Shown: piece after piece, positions 20,244-30,474 of the stretch
How positions within the stretch are numbered: the first letter of the stretch is position 1
Layout: each line of letters opens with the position of its first letter
Virus record (IMG/VR): IMGVR_UViG_3300006071_000014
Span: 1-60,345 of that record
Length of the DNA stretch: 60,345 nucleotides
From: a virus
Lineage: Duplodnaviria > Caudoviricetes
Direction: 5' to 3' (one strand)
The notes under the pieces: generated by a model
Database searches by the model: none
Told to the model about the DNA's origin: nothing
What the model saw: the letters and a program-made list of their open reading frames with translations, nothing else
Position numbers and translations under genes: made by a program

Positions 20244-22550
20244 ATGCCAATCAATGTTATTAAGCGTGATGGTCGCAAGGAACCATTGGATATTGAAAAA
20301 CTTCACAAGGTAGTATTTTGGGCAACTGAAAATCTAAGCGGCGTAAGTGCAAGTGAATTAGAATTGCGTAGTCAAATCCAATTTTATAATAACATTAAAA
20401 CCAGCGAACTACAAGAAACCCTAATCAAGGCTGCTGCTGATCTTATTAGCGAAGAAGCGCCTAACTACCAATATGTCGCAGGTCGTCTTGTAAATTATCA
20501 TCTTCGCAAGCAAGTATATAATGACTATCATCCACTTCCGCTAATTGATATTATCAAGAAGAATGTAGAAAGTGGATTCTATGATTCTAATCTATTAAGC
20601 GATTATACCGAAGAAGAATGGGCAAGCATTAATAAGTTCGTTGAACACGAGCGTGATATGACGCTTACCTATGTTGCTATGGAACAACTTCGTGGCAAGT
20701 ATTTGGTACAGAATCGTGTTACTGGTGAAATTATGGAAACGCCACAGGTTGCTTATGCTCTTATTGCCGCAACCCTATTTGCCAAGTATCCACAAGAAAC
20801 TCGCCTAAAGTATGTTCGTGATTATTATGATGCTATTTCAAAGCATGATATTTCTCTTCCAACTCCGATCATGGCAGGTCTTCGCACACCACAGCGTCAG
20901 TTCTCTTCATGCGTGTTAATTGAAACTGGCGACAGTTTAGACAGCATTAATGCCACATCCAGTGCTATTGTTAAGTATGTCTCACAAAAGGCTGGCATCG
21001 GTATTGGAGCGGGTTCTATTCGTGCTATTGGTAGTGCCATTCGCAAGGGCGATGCCTCTCACACAGGCTTAATTCCATTCTATAAGATGTTCCAAGCAGC
21101 AGTTAGATCATGCTCACAGGGCGGCGTTCGCAACGGTGCTGCTACTCTTTATTATCCGCTATGGCATTATGAAGTAGAAGACTTATTGGTTCTCAAGAAC
21201 AATAAGGGAACCGAAGATAATCGTATTCGCCAGATGGATTATGGTGTGCAGTTTAACAAACTTATGTATGAGCGTCTGCTAAGCGGCGGAGATATTACTT
21301 GCTTCTCGCCAAGTGATGTACCAGGTTTGTATGATGCGTTCTTTGCTGATCAAGATAAGTTCAAGGAACTGTATGAGAAGGCAGAGAAGAATCCAAAGAT
21401 TCGCAAGAAAACCTACAAAGCAATTGATTTGTTCTCGCAATTCATGGAAGAGCGCAAGAATACAGGTCGCATCTATCTTATGAATGTCGATCATGCCAAC
21501 ACGCACGGTGCATTTATTGAAAGCAAGGCTGTAATCAAGCAAAGCAATCTGTGTGCCGAGATTGCACTACCAACAAAGCCACTAAATCATATCTTTGATG
21601 AAGAAGGTGAAATCTCACTTTGCACTCTAAGCGCAATCAATTGGGGCAATGTTAAAGAACCAAAAGATTTTGAAAAGATGTGCGATTTGGCTGTTCGTGG
21701 GCTTGATGCGCTACTTGACTACCAGAACTATCCAGTCATTGCAGCACAGTTAAGTACAATGAATCGTCGTCCATTGGGTGTTGGTATCATTAACTTTGCT
21801 TACTTCCTTGCAAAGAATGACATGAGTTATAGTGACCCACGTGCGCTTGCATTAGTTGATGAGTATGCAGAAGCATGGTCTTATTATCTTATCAAGGCAA
21901 GTAACCAACTTGCTATTGAACGTGGCGCTGCGCCAAAGAGCGATGAAACAAAGTATGGTTCGGGCATTCTGCCTATTGACACATATAAGCGTGAAGTTGA
22001 TGAACTTGTGCCACATGTGGAGCGTATGGATTGGGCATCACTTCGTGCAAGTCTTCGTGAACATGGTATCCGCAATTCAACTCTTATGGCACTTATGCCA
22101 GCAGAAACATCTGCACAGGTTGCAAATGCTACAAATGGCATTGAGCCACCACGCAGCTTAATTTCTATCAAGCAAAGCAAGCATGGTGTGTTGAAGCAAG
22201 TTGTTCCAGAGTTCCGTAAGTTAAAGAACAAGTATGAACTTCTATGGGATCAAAAATCACCAGAAGGTTATTTGAAATTAGTTGCGGTTCTACAAAAGTA
22301 TATTGATCAGAGTATTTCAACTAATACTTCATATAATCCAACATTCTATGCGGATGAAAAGATTCCAATGAGTGTTATGATTGGTCATTTGTTGTTATGT
22401 TACAAATATGGTATCAAAACCTTGTATTATTTTAATAATTTTGATGGCCAAGGTGAAATTGATGTCAATAAGTTTGTTGAACAAAAACCATCGGAAGTGA
22501 TTTTTGCTACGCTTGAAGATCAAGACGCATGCGAGTCCTGCACAATATAA
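20244..22550 (+). CDS. nrdA: Ribonucleotide reductase class Ia alpha subunit
   Basis: ATP cone (VIKRDG), SSCVLI, SNLCAEI, MPAETS, KTLYY, C-terminal CESC. Confidence 0.97.
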   Translation: MPINVIKRDGRKEPLDIEKLHKVVFWATENLSGVSASELELRSQIQFYNNIKTSELQETLIKAAADLISEEAPNYQYVAGRLVNYHLRKQVYNDYHPLPLIDIIKKNVESGFYDSNLLSDYTEEEWASINKFVEHERDMTLTYVAMEQLRGKYLVQNRVTGEIMETPQVAYALIAATLFAKYPQETRLKYVRDYYDAISKHDISLPTPIMAGLRTPQRQFSSCVLIETGDSLDSINATSSAIVKYVSQKAGIGIGAGSIRAIGSAIRKGDASHTGLIPFYKMFQAAVRSCSQGGVRNGAATLYYPLWHYEVEDLLVLKNNKGTEDNRIRQMDYGVQFNKLMYERLLSGGDITCFSPSDVPGLYDAFFADQDKFKELYEKAEKNPKIRKKTYKAIDLFSQFMEERKNTGRIYLMNVDHANTHGAFIESKAVIKQSNLCAEIALPTKPLNHIFDEEGEISLCTLSAINWGNVKEPKDFEKMCDLAVRGLDALLDYQNYPVIAAQLSTMNRRPLGVGIINFAYFLAKNDMSYSDPRALALVDEYAEAWSYYLIKASNQLAIERGAAPKSDETKYGSGILPIDTYKREVDELVPHVERMDWASLRASLREHGIRNSTLMALMPAETSAQVANATNGIEPPRSLISIKQSKHGVLKQVVPEFRKLKNKYELLWDQKSPEGYLKLVAVLQKYIDQSISTNTSYNPTFYADEKIPMSVMIGHLLLCYKYGIKTLYYFNNFDGQGEIDVNKFVEQKPSEVIFATLEDQDACESCTI

Positions 22551-22587
22551 ATACGTATGATGGATAAATATAAATACGTATGACGGA
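22544..22587 (+). repeat. Tandem duplication containing TATAAATA upstream of the HNH gene
   Basis: aatataaatacgtatgaYgga at 22544 and 22567. Confidence 0.8.
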
Positions 22588-23290
22588 GATTCGTATGAAC
22601 TATTATTCCATTTATAACAATTTGATAGAGAGAGCGAAAAATCGCTCTCTTACAACATACACTGAAAATCACCATATCATTCCTAGATGTATGGGCGGGA
22701 CTGATATAAAGGATAATCTTGTGGCGCTAACCGCAGAGGAACATTATATAGCACATTTATTGTTATTAAAAATGTATCCAGATAATATAAAATTACTATA
22801 TGCCGCAAATATGATGGCAAATAGGAATAATAAAAATTATGGATGGGTAAGACGCAAACACGCCGAAAGAGTCAAAATAGATAATCTTGGATACAAGCAT
22901 ACCGATGCTGCTAAACAAAAAATGAGTAAGGCACGTAAAGGTATAATAAAAAGCAAGGAATGGAAAAATAATTTAGGTTTTGCAAAAATGTTGGAAATAG
23001 AATATAATGGAAAAATGTATAAGGGATATAAAGAACTTAAAGAAGAAACTGGAATTACTAGACATCTTTACTTAAAATTTTATAAAAATGGCATTGACCC
23101 AATTCCATACATAGGCAACAACAGTTATGCAATGATTGAAAAAGTTAAAAACAATCATTCTAAACATTCTCTTGGTAAAAAATGGTATAATAATGGCACA
23201 GAAGAAAAATATATGGAAAGTCAACCAGAAGGATGGTATAAAGGTAGAATGAAACATAATAGAGATGAAAAAGGAAGATATGTAAAATGA
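22580..23290 (+). mobile_element. Free-standing HNH homing endonuclease between nrdA and nrdB (alternative start 22595)
   Basis: ENHHIIPRCMGG..NLVALTAEEHYIAH; NUMOD3-like HTDAAKQKMS; KKWYNNG. Confidence 0.85.
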
Positions 23291-24399
23291 GTACAGTATT
23301 TGATGCCAACGATAAAACAGATCATACTAAATCACTTGCGTTCCTTGATCCACATGGTGGTGTCAGTATTCAGCGTTATGATACCTTAAAATATAAACAA
23401 TTTGATAAACTTACAGACCGCCAGTTAGGATTTTTTTGGAGACCCGAAGAAATTGATATTCTTCGTGATGCCAAGGACTTCAAAGACTTGACGGCGAATG
23501 AACAGCATATCTTTACAAGTAATTTAAAGCGCCAAATTCTGCTTGATAGTGTGCAAGGTCGTGCGCCAGCAGTAGCATTTGGTCCTATTTGTTCGCTGCC
23601 CGAATTGGAAACTTGGATTACTACTTGGACATTCAGTGAAACTATTCACTCTCGTTCGTATACACATATCATTCGCAATGTGTATGCCAATCCATCAAAG
23701 ATATTTGATGAGATGATGGATATTCAAGAAATTGTTGATTGTGCTGGTGATATTACTGCTCTATATGATAATCTAATTAACATGAACAATGATCTTGCCA
23801 TTAATGGTGTTGGTCCTAGACCAGGTTATGATTCATATGAGCACAAGAAAGCACTGTGGCTTGCACTTATGAGCGTTAATATTCTTGAAGGTGTTCGTTT
23901 TTATGTTTCATTTGCTTGTAGTTGGGCATTTGCTGAATTGAAAAAGATGGAAGGCAATGCAAAGATTATTAAGTTAATCGCTCGTGATGAAAATCTGCAT
24001 CTTGCTGGCACACAAACGCTCTTGAAGATTTTGCCAAAAGATGACCCTGATTATGCCAAGATTGAAGTAGAATGTCGTGAAGATGCTATCAAGTTGTTTG
24101 ATGATGCAGTCAAACAAGAAAAAGAATGGGCAAAATATTTGTTCAAGGATGGCTCCATGATTGGACTAAACTATCAACTACTTGCTGAATATGTTGAGTT
24201 TATTGCCAACAAGCGTATGCAAGCAGTTGGTCTTGGTCAGCCATATCCTACAAAGAATAATCCGTTACCTTGGACACAAAAGTGGATTGCTGGCGCAGAA
24301 GTTCAGGTTGCTCCACAGGAAACTGAAATCTCATCATATGTTATCGGCGGCACCAAACAAGATGTTGATAGTAATTCATTTAACGGATTTAGTTTATAA
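23287..24399 (+). CDS. nrdB: Ribonucleotide reductase class Ia beta subunit
   Basis: FFWRPEE, DSVQGR, ETIHSRSY, EGVRFYVSF, DENLH, APQETE. Confidence 0.97.
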   Translation: MSTVFDANDKTDHTKSLAFLDPHGGVSIQRYDTLKYKQFDKLTDRQLGFFWRPEEIDILRDAKDFKDLTANEQHIFTSNLKRQILLDSVQGRAPAVAFGPICSLPELETWITTWTFSETIHSRSYTHIIRNVYANPSKIFDEMMDIQEIVDCAGDITALYDNLINMNNDLAINGVGPRPGYDSYEHKKALWLALMSVNILEGVRFYVSFACSWAFAELKKMEGNAKIIKLIARDENLHLAGTQTLLKILPKDDPDYAKIEVECREDAIKLFDDAVKQEKEWAKYLFKDGSMIGLNYQLLAEYVEFIANKRMQAVGLGQPYPTKNNPLPWTQKWIAGAEVQVAPQETEISSYVIGGTKQDVDSNSFNGFSL

Positions 24400-24411
24400 A
24401 AGAAATAATCA

Positions 24412-24663
24412 ATGATTACATTATATACAAAAGATAACTGCCCATATTGCGACGGAGCAAAGCACCTTCTAAACAGTTGGGGTGAAGAATATACCGAAGT
24501 TCATATCAATGACGAGGGTGTTCGTGATTGGTTAGTAGCCGAAGGTCACAAGACTGTGCCGCAGATTTATTACAATAAAAAACTTTTAGTAGAGGGCGGT
24601 TATAGCGGACTAAGTAAATTGTCTATCAACGAATTACAGGAAAGAAAGAATGCTAATCAATAA
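24412..24663 (+). CDS. Glutaredoxin
   Basis: CPYC, TVPQI, GGY. Confidence 0.92.
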   Translation: MITLYTKDNCPYCDGAKHLLNSWGEEYTEVHINDEGVRDWLVAEGHKTVPQIYYNKKLLVEGGYSGLSKLSINELQERKNANQ

Positions 24664-24946
24664 GACCGACAAGAATACTGTCTATACATTTAAGACTGTC
24701 ACTGGTGAAGAAATTATTAGCCGTGTTAGTGAAAGTGATGCTACTACCTACACACTGTTAAAGCCGCTAGTTATGATTGTCACTCCGCAAGGTGGATTTG
24801 GATTAGCACCAGCAATCTATAGCGTTGGACCTACGGATACGATTGTGTTAAATAAAAGAGCAGTTGTTCTTTCTGGTAGAACCGAAAGTGATATTGCCAC
24901 TCAGTATCTTGCTAAAACAACAGGACTGACACTGGCTACTGCCTAA
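24650..24946 (+). CDS. Sm-like fold phage protein
   Basis: FKTVTGEEIISR...LLKPL. Confidence 0.55.
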   Translation: MLINKTDKNTVYTFKTVTGEEIISRVSESDATTYTLLKPLVMIVTPQGGFGLAPAIYSVGPTDTIVLNKRAVVLSGRTESDIATQYLAKTTGLTLATA

Positions 24947-24956
24947 AGGAGAGTCA

Positions 24957-25238
24957 ATGCCTATTCCAACAAAGATAGGAAGTCCAAATACTGTAGGTGG
25001 TGTTGCTTTTATGGGCGACTATAGTGTATTAATCAATGGCAGACCTGCTAGTCGAATTGGTGATTACGTAACAAGCCATCCTGGTTTTGGTCCGCATCCT
25101 CACCCACCTAATCCAATTATAATGGGAACTCCAAGCATAATTGTAGGTGGTCGGCCATTAGGTTACTTAAGTGTGCTTGATAGTTGTGGTCACACAATGA
25201 TACCATTTGAATCTGATGTTTTAATAGGTCCATTGTAA
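24957..25238 (+). CDS. PAAR-repeat spike tip protein
   Basis: VLINGRPASRIGD, His-rich loop, DSCGH. Confidence 0.85.
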   Translation: MPIPTKIGSPNTVGGVAFMGDYSVLINGRPASRIGDYVTSHPGFGPHPHPPNPIIMGTPSIIVGGRPLGYLSVLDSCGHTMIPFESDVLIGPL

Positions 25239-26449
25239 TGTCATTGGGAAGTTACACAAACGGAACAGGAAATATTACTGTCTATACTGCAAACGGAAAT
25301 GTGTATGGAAGTGGCACAACTTTTCTTACACAGTTAAAACCAGGTGCAGTAATAGGTAACACAAATAGCAATTTTGCTGGTTATATTTCTACAGTAGTAA
25401 GCAATACATTTGCAACATTTACTACAAACAGTGCAATTAATATTAGCAATGCTGTATTTAAATATCGTCCAATAAGCGCCAATGCTTTCACTTATACGTA
25501 TTATACGACTGGAAATATTACGGCAAACACTGCAAGTAAAATAGTAAGTGGAAGCGGCACACATTTTCCGAACGAAATTAAATATGGTGATAGTTTATGG
25601 ATAGCAAATAGCGGTGCTGGTCCCAATACATTTGTTGGTGTAGTTGATTTAATCATAAGCAATACACAAGTTTATCTTGCTGCAAATAGTTTAGCAAATG
25701 TTTCTAACTTGCAATTTTATAATACTCCTTTAACATATTCTACAAGTACATTTGGTAGCGGTCAAGCATTTACCGAACCTAATCTATTTCAAGGTTTAAC
25801 TACAATTAATACACAAATGTTTAATTGGACACGCAGCGGTTTAATACCTAATGTGTCAGTAGTTAATAATTATCATCCACCAATCCGTGATAGTGTAACT
25901 GGTGTATTGGTTAATTTACCAGCAAGCATCTATAAAAAAACTGGCAACGTTGCAAGCAATAGCTATGCATTAGGCAGCACACTTAGCACAAGTGGCGTTG
26001 GTTATGTTGTATCTGACTTTGACGTTAATCAAAATGTATTTGGAACAGATGCTTCTTATGTATTAGATGCTTTACATAATGGAAGCGAACTTAAAAACGC
26101 TGCGCTTAATGGTACGGCAGATGTTACTAATTTGGTACCACTTACTGCAGCAGATCATGCTGCGAGTAGATTGGGTGGCACAGTACATCGTGTAACTGAT
26201 AATCCAGTACTTGCTAAAGAATATTTTAGTAAAGATACTCCACTAACACAGCTACAACAAAGCAGTGAAATTAATTTAAGCAGTAATCAAGATAAAAATC
26301 TTCGCAAAGAACCTACGGGTTTGCGTAAATTGGTTACAACAGGCGCACCTATTGCAATACCAGGTTTATTAAATGCAGTCGCAGATACATATATAGCTGG
26401 TAATATTGCTTGGTCACCGCCTGCATACAGCAGAACAAATGTGAGTTAA
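25238..26449 (+). CDS. Tail-associated structural protein
   Basis: Two repeats of GNIT...V.GSGTxF; follows the PAAR gene. Confidence 0.6.
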   Translation: MSLGSYTNGTGNITVYTANGNVYGSGTTFLTQLKPGAVIGNTNSNFAGYISTVVSNTFATFTTNSAINISNAVFKYRPISANAFTYTYYTTGNITANTASKIVSGSGTHFPNEIKYGDSLWIANSGAGPNTFVGVVDLIISNTQVYLAANSLANVSNLQFYNTPLTYSTSTFGSGQAFTEPNLFQGLTTINTQMFNWTRSGLIPNVSVVNNYHPPIRDSVTGVLVNLPASIYKKTGNVASNSYALGSTLSTSGVGYVVSDFDVNQNVFGTDASYVLDALHNGSELKNAALNGTADVTNLVPLTAADHAASRLGGTVHRVTDNPVLAKEYFSKDTPLTQLQQSSEINLSSNQDKNLRKEPTGLRKLVTTGAPIAIPGLLNAVADTYIAGNIAWSPPAYSRTNVS

Positions 26450-26451
26450 AA

Positions 26452-29400
26452 ATGGCAACACTTAAAGACCCTACACTTACCGCTAGTTTTATTGCCTCGC
26501 ATGAAGGTTTTCGTTCTACACCCTATTATGATGTCAATGGTTATGCTATTGGATACGGCAATCACTATAACTTAGATGGCAGTCCTGTTACGCCTGGGCA
26601 ATCAATAAGTCAAAGTGATGCACAAGCATTAATGCAGAATCAGATTCAAAGCACTTATGCACCTGCTATTGCTAATCGTATTGGTCCTGCATGGGATAGC
26701 ATGACCCCAGAACAACAAGCAGCGTATGTTGATGCTGCTTATAATTATGGTCCTAATAGTCCATGTTTAAGTGATGCTGTTGCTGCTGCGCAAACTGGTG
26801 ATGGCAATCAAATGGCTGGTCAGCTTGGTGCGTTAAGCAGTAATCCAGGTCGCCGTGCAGATGAAGCAGCACTTATTAATGGAACATATAACGGTCAAGT
26901 TTCTAAAGGTGGTGCCGCTGCTAATTTACCACAAAATGCACGAGGCGCTGCGCCTGGTACTGGCGCAGGTTGTGCTGGTGCTGGCATGGGCATCCTTGGT
27001 GCAATTGCTGGCGCTGGTTTATTCGGTGGTTTAGGGTTAGGTTTAAACAGCATCCTTGGTGGCTTGACAAGTGCATTAGGAGCAACAGGTATCACTGGTG
27101 CGATTGGTGGAGCATTTGGCTCACTTGGTAATGTTCTAGGTGGTGGTCTTAGTGGCTTATTAGGTCAGGCTGCAGGTCCGCTTAATCAACTTACTGGTGG
27201 TGCAATGCAAGCACTTAGCAGCATGGGTAGCGGTATTTTACCAAGTTTAACTGGTGTATTGCCAAGTGGTATTACTAACATTCTTGGTGGTGCAGTAAAT
27301 GGCGCAGTTGGTGGTTTATTGGGACCACTTAACGGAATATTACAAAATCCACTTGCTCTTCCAAATGCAATGCAACAAATTGCCGCTGGCGGTGGGTTGA
27401 ATGGCGTTATTAATCGTGTCGCAAACAATATGATAGGCGGTGCTTCTTTTGGTGCCGCTAATCAGTTTATGCAAAACATTGGTATTAGTAGTGCGTATGG
27501 TGGTATTAGTAACAGCATGATTGGTGCAGCATCAGAAGCTGCCGGTTTGTGTTTTGGTGCAAATGGACCTGGTGCTCTTGGTGCAAACTTTGCAAATAAT
27601 AACGGAGTAGTTAGTTTTGGTATGAGTGCGTTAAGCAGCAATATACCAGCAGCCGCTTCTAACATGCAAAATCTTGGAAATTTCTCAACTGGTAGCCTAC
27701 TACGATTGCAACAACCATCAAATGTTGCTAGCCAAATTATTAATGCAGGCTTGGGCAAAGTTACAGGTATTACTAATAGTGTAATAAGTGCAGGCTTGCC
27801 AGTTGCTGGTATCGATAATCCTGCACACGATGCGGCTGTTCAGAAAATATTAAACAATGTTACTGATCAGGCAGCAATTGGTGCAGTAAGCGCAAAATTT
27901 AATATTGGTGTGCCGATAGACAATCTAGGTCAGCTAACTGATATTAATCATATGTGTCCTGATCTTGCCGCTACTGGACCAAGTAAAAATTTTGCAGATT
28001 TGGGTCAGCATATGTTAAGTTTGGGCATAACTCGTTCAAAAACATTTAATGATGTTGGCACTGCACTATCTAAAACTGATGCTGGCATTGACTTAAATCA
28101 TTTAAGTCAAATGAGCACTCCAATGTATAGTGGCGCAACAGATAAACTATATCAAACATATGGTTATGGTGGTGGAAGCATCGGTGAATTAACTATGGCT
28201 GATTTTGTTGGAACGCCCGCTGGTTATGTGCATAATGACACACTTCCTTATATTATTGATGCTAACAATAAAGTTATGGCAACTGCGGACGGTCAATTAT
28301 TAAACAGTTTAATTGTGCAGTTACAAATTTTACTTTCTGGTGGCTATCATGTACCTGGCAGCGCAGCAAGTGGCGATCAACCTGCTTCTGCAGATAGTAT
28401 TAACATAAACGGCACTGTTTATACAACACTTGATTCTGCTGTATATGCCTTGGTTGCTGCTATTGAGGCACAACTAACAGTTATTAAGAATAATCCTGAT
28501 CCTACAATTCAAGCAGCACTACAAGCAAGTGAAGCAGGACATGCAGCAAGTTGCGCACAAATTTTAAAAGAAAATCATCATATTAGTACGTGGGGAATCA
28601 ATCTGTTTGAGCCAGTAAGCAATAGTCCAGTAAATGCATATGTATTTGCTGATAGCTTGCCTTATCATGGTTTGCAGACTGGCTATGGTCAAATTGGTGA
28701 TTACTTGGAGCGTGTAGCAAGCGATAATATCTATGGCGATGCTATTAAGGGCGCAATGCGCATGGGTCGCAATGCTGCTGCACTTGAACCACTTGGCGTT
28801 AATGTAGAACGATTTAGATTGCCGCATAGCAAATACTATCGTGATCCTGCTAGTTTCTACTTAGACGCTTATACTGGCAATGTACCATATGTGCCAGAAA
28901 ACTTAACAGATCAAATTATTCCGCAAACACCTGCTGATACGTATGTTGAATTGCGCAATCAACTGCTTATTAGCAATGGATATAACCCAGCAGAAATGTT
29001 GCCTGCACAAGCTGACGAAACATATTATGATTTACAGTGGGCAAATACATCGCCAGAAGTTCGTGAAAATATAGGTCTAAGCATTTTACAACAAGCAATT
29101 AATAGAAATACTATCGTGGTTGGTAACAAAGCATATATTATTGGTTTAAATGGTGTGCAAAATCAATTTGCTACCCTTGACCAAAATGGATTGGCACTTA
29201 CCAATAATGATATTTTTGTTGCTACACTTTTCTCTATTATCAATAAAATGTTGTATGGCAATATCGGAACTACAAAGTTCAACACGCCATTCTTTACTGA
29301 TCAAATGGTATATGGCGTTTTAGAAATGTTGGCACAAATTACTCCAAGTAATGTGGAAGGTTTAGCTTCTACGTTATTGGGAAGTGCAGTTTTGCCACAG

Positions 29401-29517
29401 TTTATGGACAAATTACGCACTGCGTTTAACTCTATTCTGAATGTTACCAATACTCAAATGGATCGTAACATTAATAATGCATGGGGTTCTGCTGGTCCTG
29501 ATGGACAAACAAAATAA
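26452..29517 (+). CDS. Large tail/baseplate protein with N-terminal GH24 lysozyme domain and Gly/Ala-rich hydrophobic region
   Basis: HEGFRSTPYYDVNGYAIGYG, AYNYGP, RRADEA; start MATLKD at 26452. Confidence 0.7.
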   Translation: MATLKDPTLTASFIASHEGFRSTPYYDVNGYAIGYGNHYNLDGSPVTPGQSISQSDAQALMQNQIQSTYAPAIANRIGPAWDSMTPEQQAAYVDAAYNYGPNSPCLSDAVAAAQTGDGNQMAGQLGALSSNPGRRADEAALINGTYNGQVSKGGAAANLPQNARGAAPGTGAGCAGAGMGILGAIAGAGLFGGLGLGLNSILGGLTSALGATGITGAIGGAFGSLGNVLGGGLSGLLGQAAGPLNQLTGGAMQALSSMGSGILPSLTGVLPSGITNILGGAVNGAVGGLLGPLNGILQNPLALPNAMQQIAAGGGLNGVINRVANNMIGGASFGAANQFMQNIGISSAYGGISNSMIGAASEAAGLCFGANGPGALGANFANNNGVVSFGMSALSSNIPAAASNMQNLGNFSTGSLLRLQQPSNVASQIINAGLGKVTGITNSVISAGLPVAGIDNPAHDAAVQKILNNVTDQAAIGAVSAKFNIGVPIDNLGQLTDINHMCPDLAATGPSKNFADLGQHMLSLGITRSKTFNDVGTALSKTDAGIDLNHLSQMSTPMYSGATDKLYQTYGYGGGSIGELTMADFVGTPAGYVHNDTLPYIIDANNKVMATADGQLLNSLIVQLQILLSGGYHVPGSAASGDQPASADSININGTVYTTLDSAVYALVAAIEAQLTVIKNNPDPTIQAALQASEAGHAASCAQILKENHHISTWGINLFEPVSNSPVNAYVFADSLPYHGLQTGYGQIGDYLERVASDNIYGDAIKGAMRMGRNAAALEPLGVNVERFRLPHSKYYRDPASFYLDAYTGNVPYVPENLTDQIIPQTPADTYVELRNQLLISNGYNPAEMLPAQADETYYDLQWANTSPEVRENIGLSILQQAINRNTIVVGNKAYIIGLNGVQNQFATLDQNGLALTNNDIFVATLFSIINKMLYGNIGTTKFNTPFFTDQMVYGVLEMLAQITPSNVEGLASTLLGSAVLPQFMDKLRTAFNSILNVTNTQMDRNINNAWGSAGPDGQTK

Positions 29518-29535
29518 CTCTTGACATAACCCTTA

Positions 29536-30066
29536 TCAATGTTGTCTTATTAAAGTAATAAAACTTTTTAATTCATCATCTGTAAAGTTATTTTTTGCAA
29601 GATTCATGCCATACGCAACAAATTGAACATTGCCTTTTATATAACCTTTACTTGAATCTATTCTATCCAATGAAGCAGTTGTTAAGAATGTTTTATTTTT
29701 GTAATGTTTCATTTCAATTGGAACATTTGATATAGCACAGAATCCAGTCCATATAGACTTCAAATGGTCTTCATCAATATCCATTTCCTTCTTTCTTTGC
29801 CTTGCTCTGTTCAGGAACCAAGTAAAATCACCTTTCTTATTATTGGCATTTCCTATACCATATTTGTTATCTTTCCATTTATCACTCAATTTCTTACTAA
29901 TTTCTTGTCGTGTTTCTTGTGATAGATTTTTATTTCTAAAAGAGGTAGAACAAGATAACCCACAGAAAAAATAATCTCTTCCTTTTTTAACATGCCTGTC
30001 ATGTTCTCGTTTGTCTAACGAAAAATCTTTTTCACAATTCTTACAATTTAATAAAATCTTTGCCAT
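29536..30066 (-). mobile_element. HNH-type endonuclease with N-terminal Zn ribbon
   Basis: CKNC...FCGLSC; CAISN..ASLDRIDSSKGYIKGNVQFV..N..KN. Confidence 0.75.
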
Positions 30067-30117
30067 AACTCTGCTCCACATTTATTTATCTCTGCTCCAC
30101 AAATAACAAATAAAATC

Positions 30118-30148
30118 TTGACATAATAAAAATCCTATGCTATAAATA
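30118..30148 (+). promoter_or_regulatory. tmRNA promoter
   Basis: TTGACA-N17-TATAAATA. Confidence 0.7.
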
Positions 30149-30151
30149 ATA

Positions 30152-30464
30152 TACTATCGTTGATAGCAACTAATAGGCGGGCAAGACGAGGCTTCGACTG
30201 CCTCCTGGTCCACCACAGATACATTGGTTTCCATAGTCGGAACAAATATGGTGTAATAGGTTTTTCCGAACACCCGATGTATCTTTGATGGGCCAGCAAG
30301 GGATCGATTGACGTTGAAAGGGTTGAAGTAGATAGTAGGTTGGTTGCTTTATAGACCAAAAAAAGTAAATGCAGCGAATGATAACGCTCCATTTGAAATG
30401 CGCCTAGCGGCGTAATTCATTGGGTGGGCAACCAGCCTAGAAACAGAAATGGTTGCACTTTTTT
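30152..30464 (+). ncRNA. ssrA: Permuted two-piece tmRNA; tag (A)AANDNAPFEMRLAA
   Basis: T-arm GAGGC-TTCGACT-GCCTC plus CTGGTCC-ACCA (ends 30215) precede GGGCCAG (30290); G3:U70 pair; tag frame 30371-30415; terminal hairpin and T-run; outer ends approximate. Confidence 0.92.
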
Positions 30465-30474
30465 ATTGAGGGCG

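Noticed and set aside
20244-24399. Intron or intein in nrdA/nrdB
   Set aside because: Both genes are continuous and of normal length; the HNH gene is free-standing.
30135-30392. 85-aa minus-strand ORF
   Set aside because: Antisense shadow of the tmRNA.
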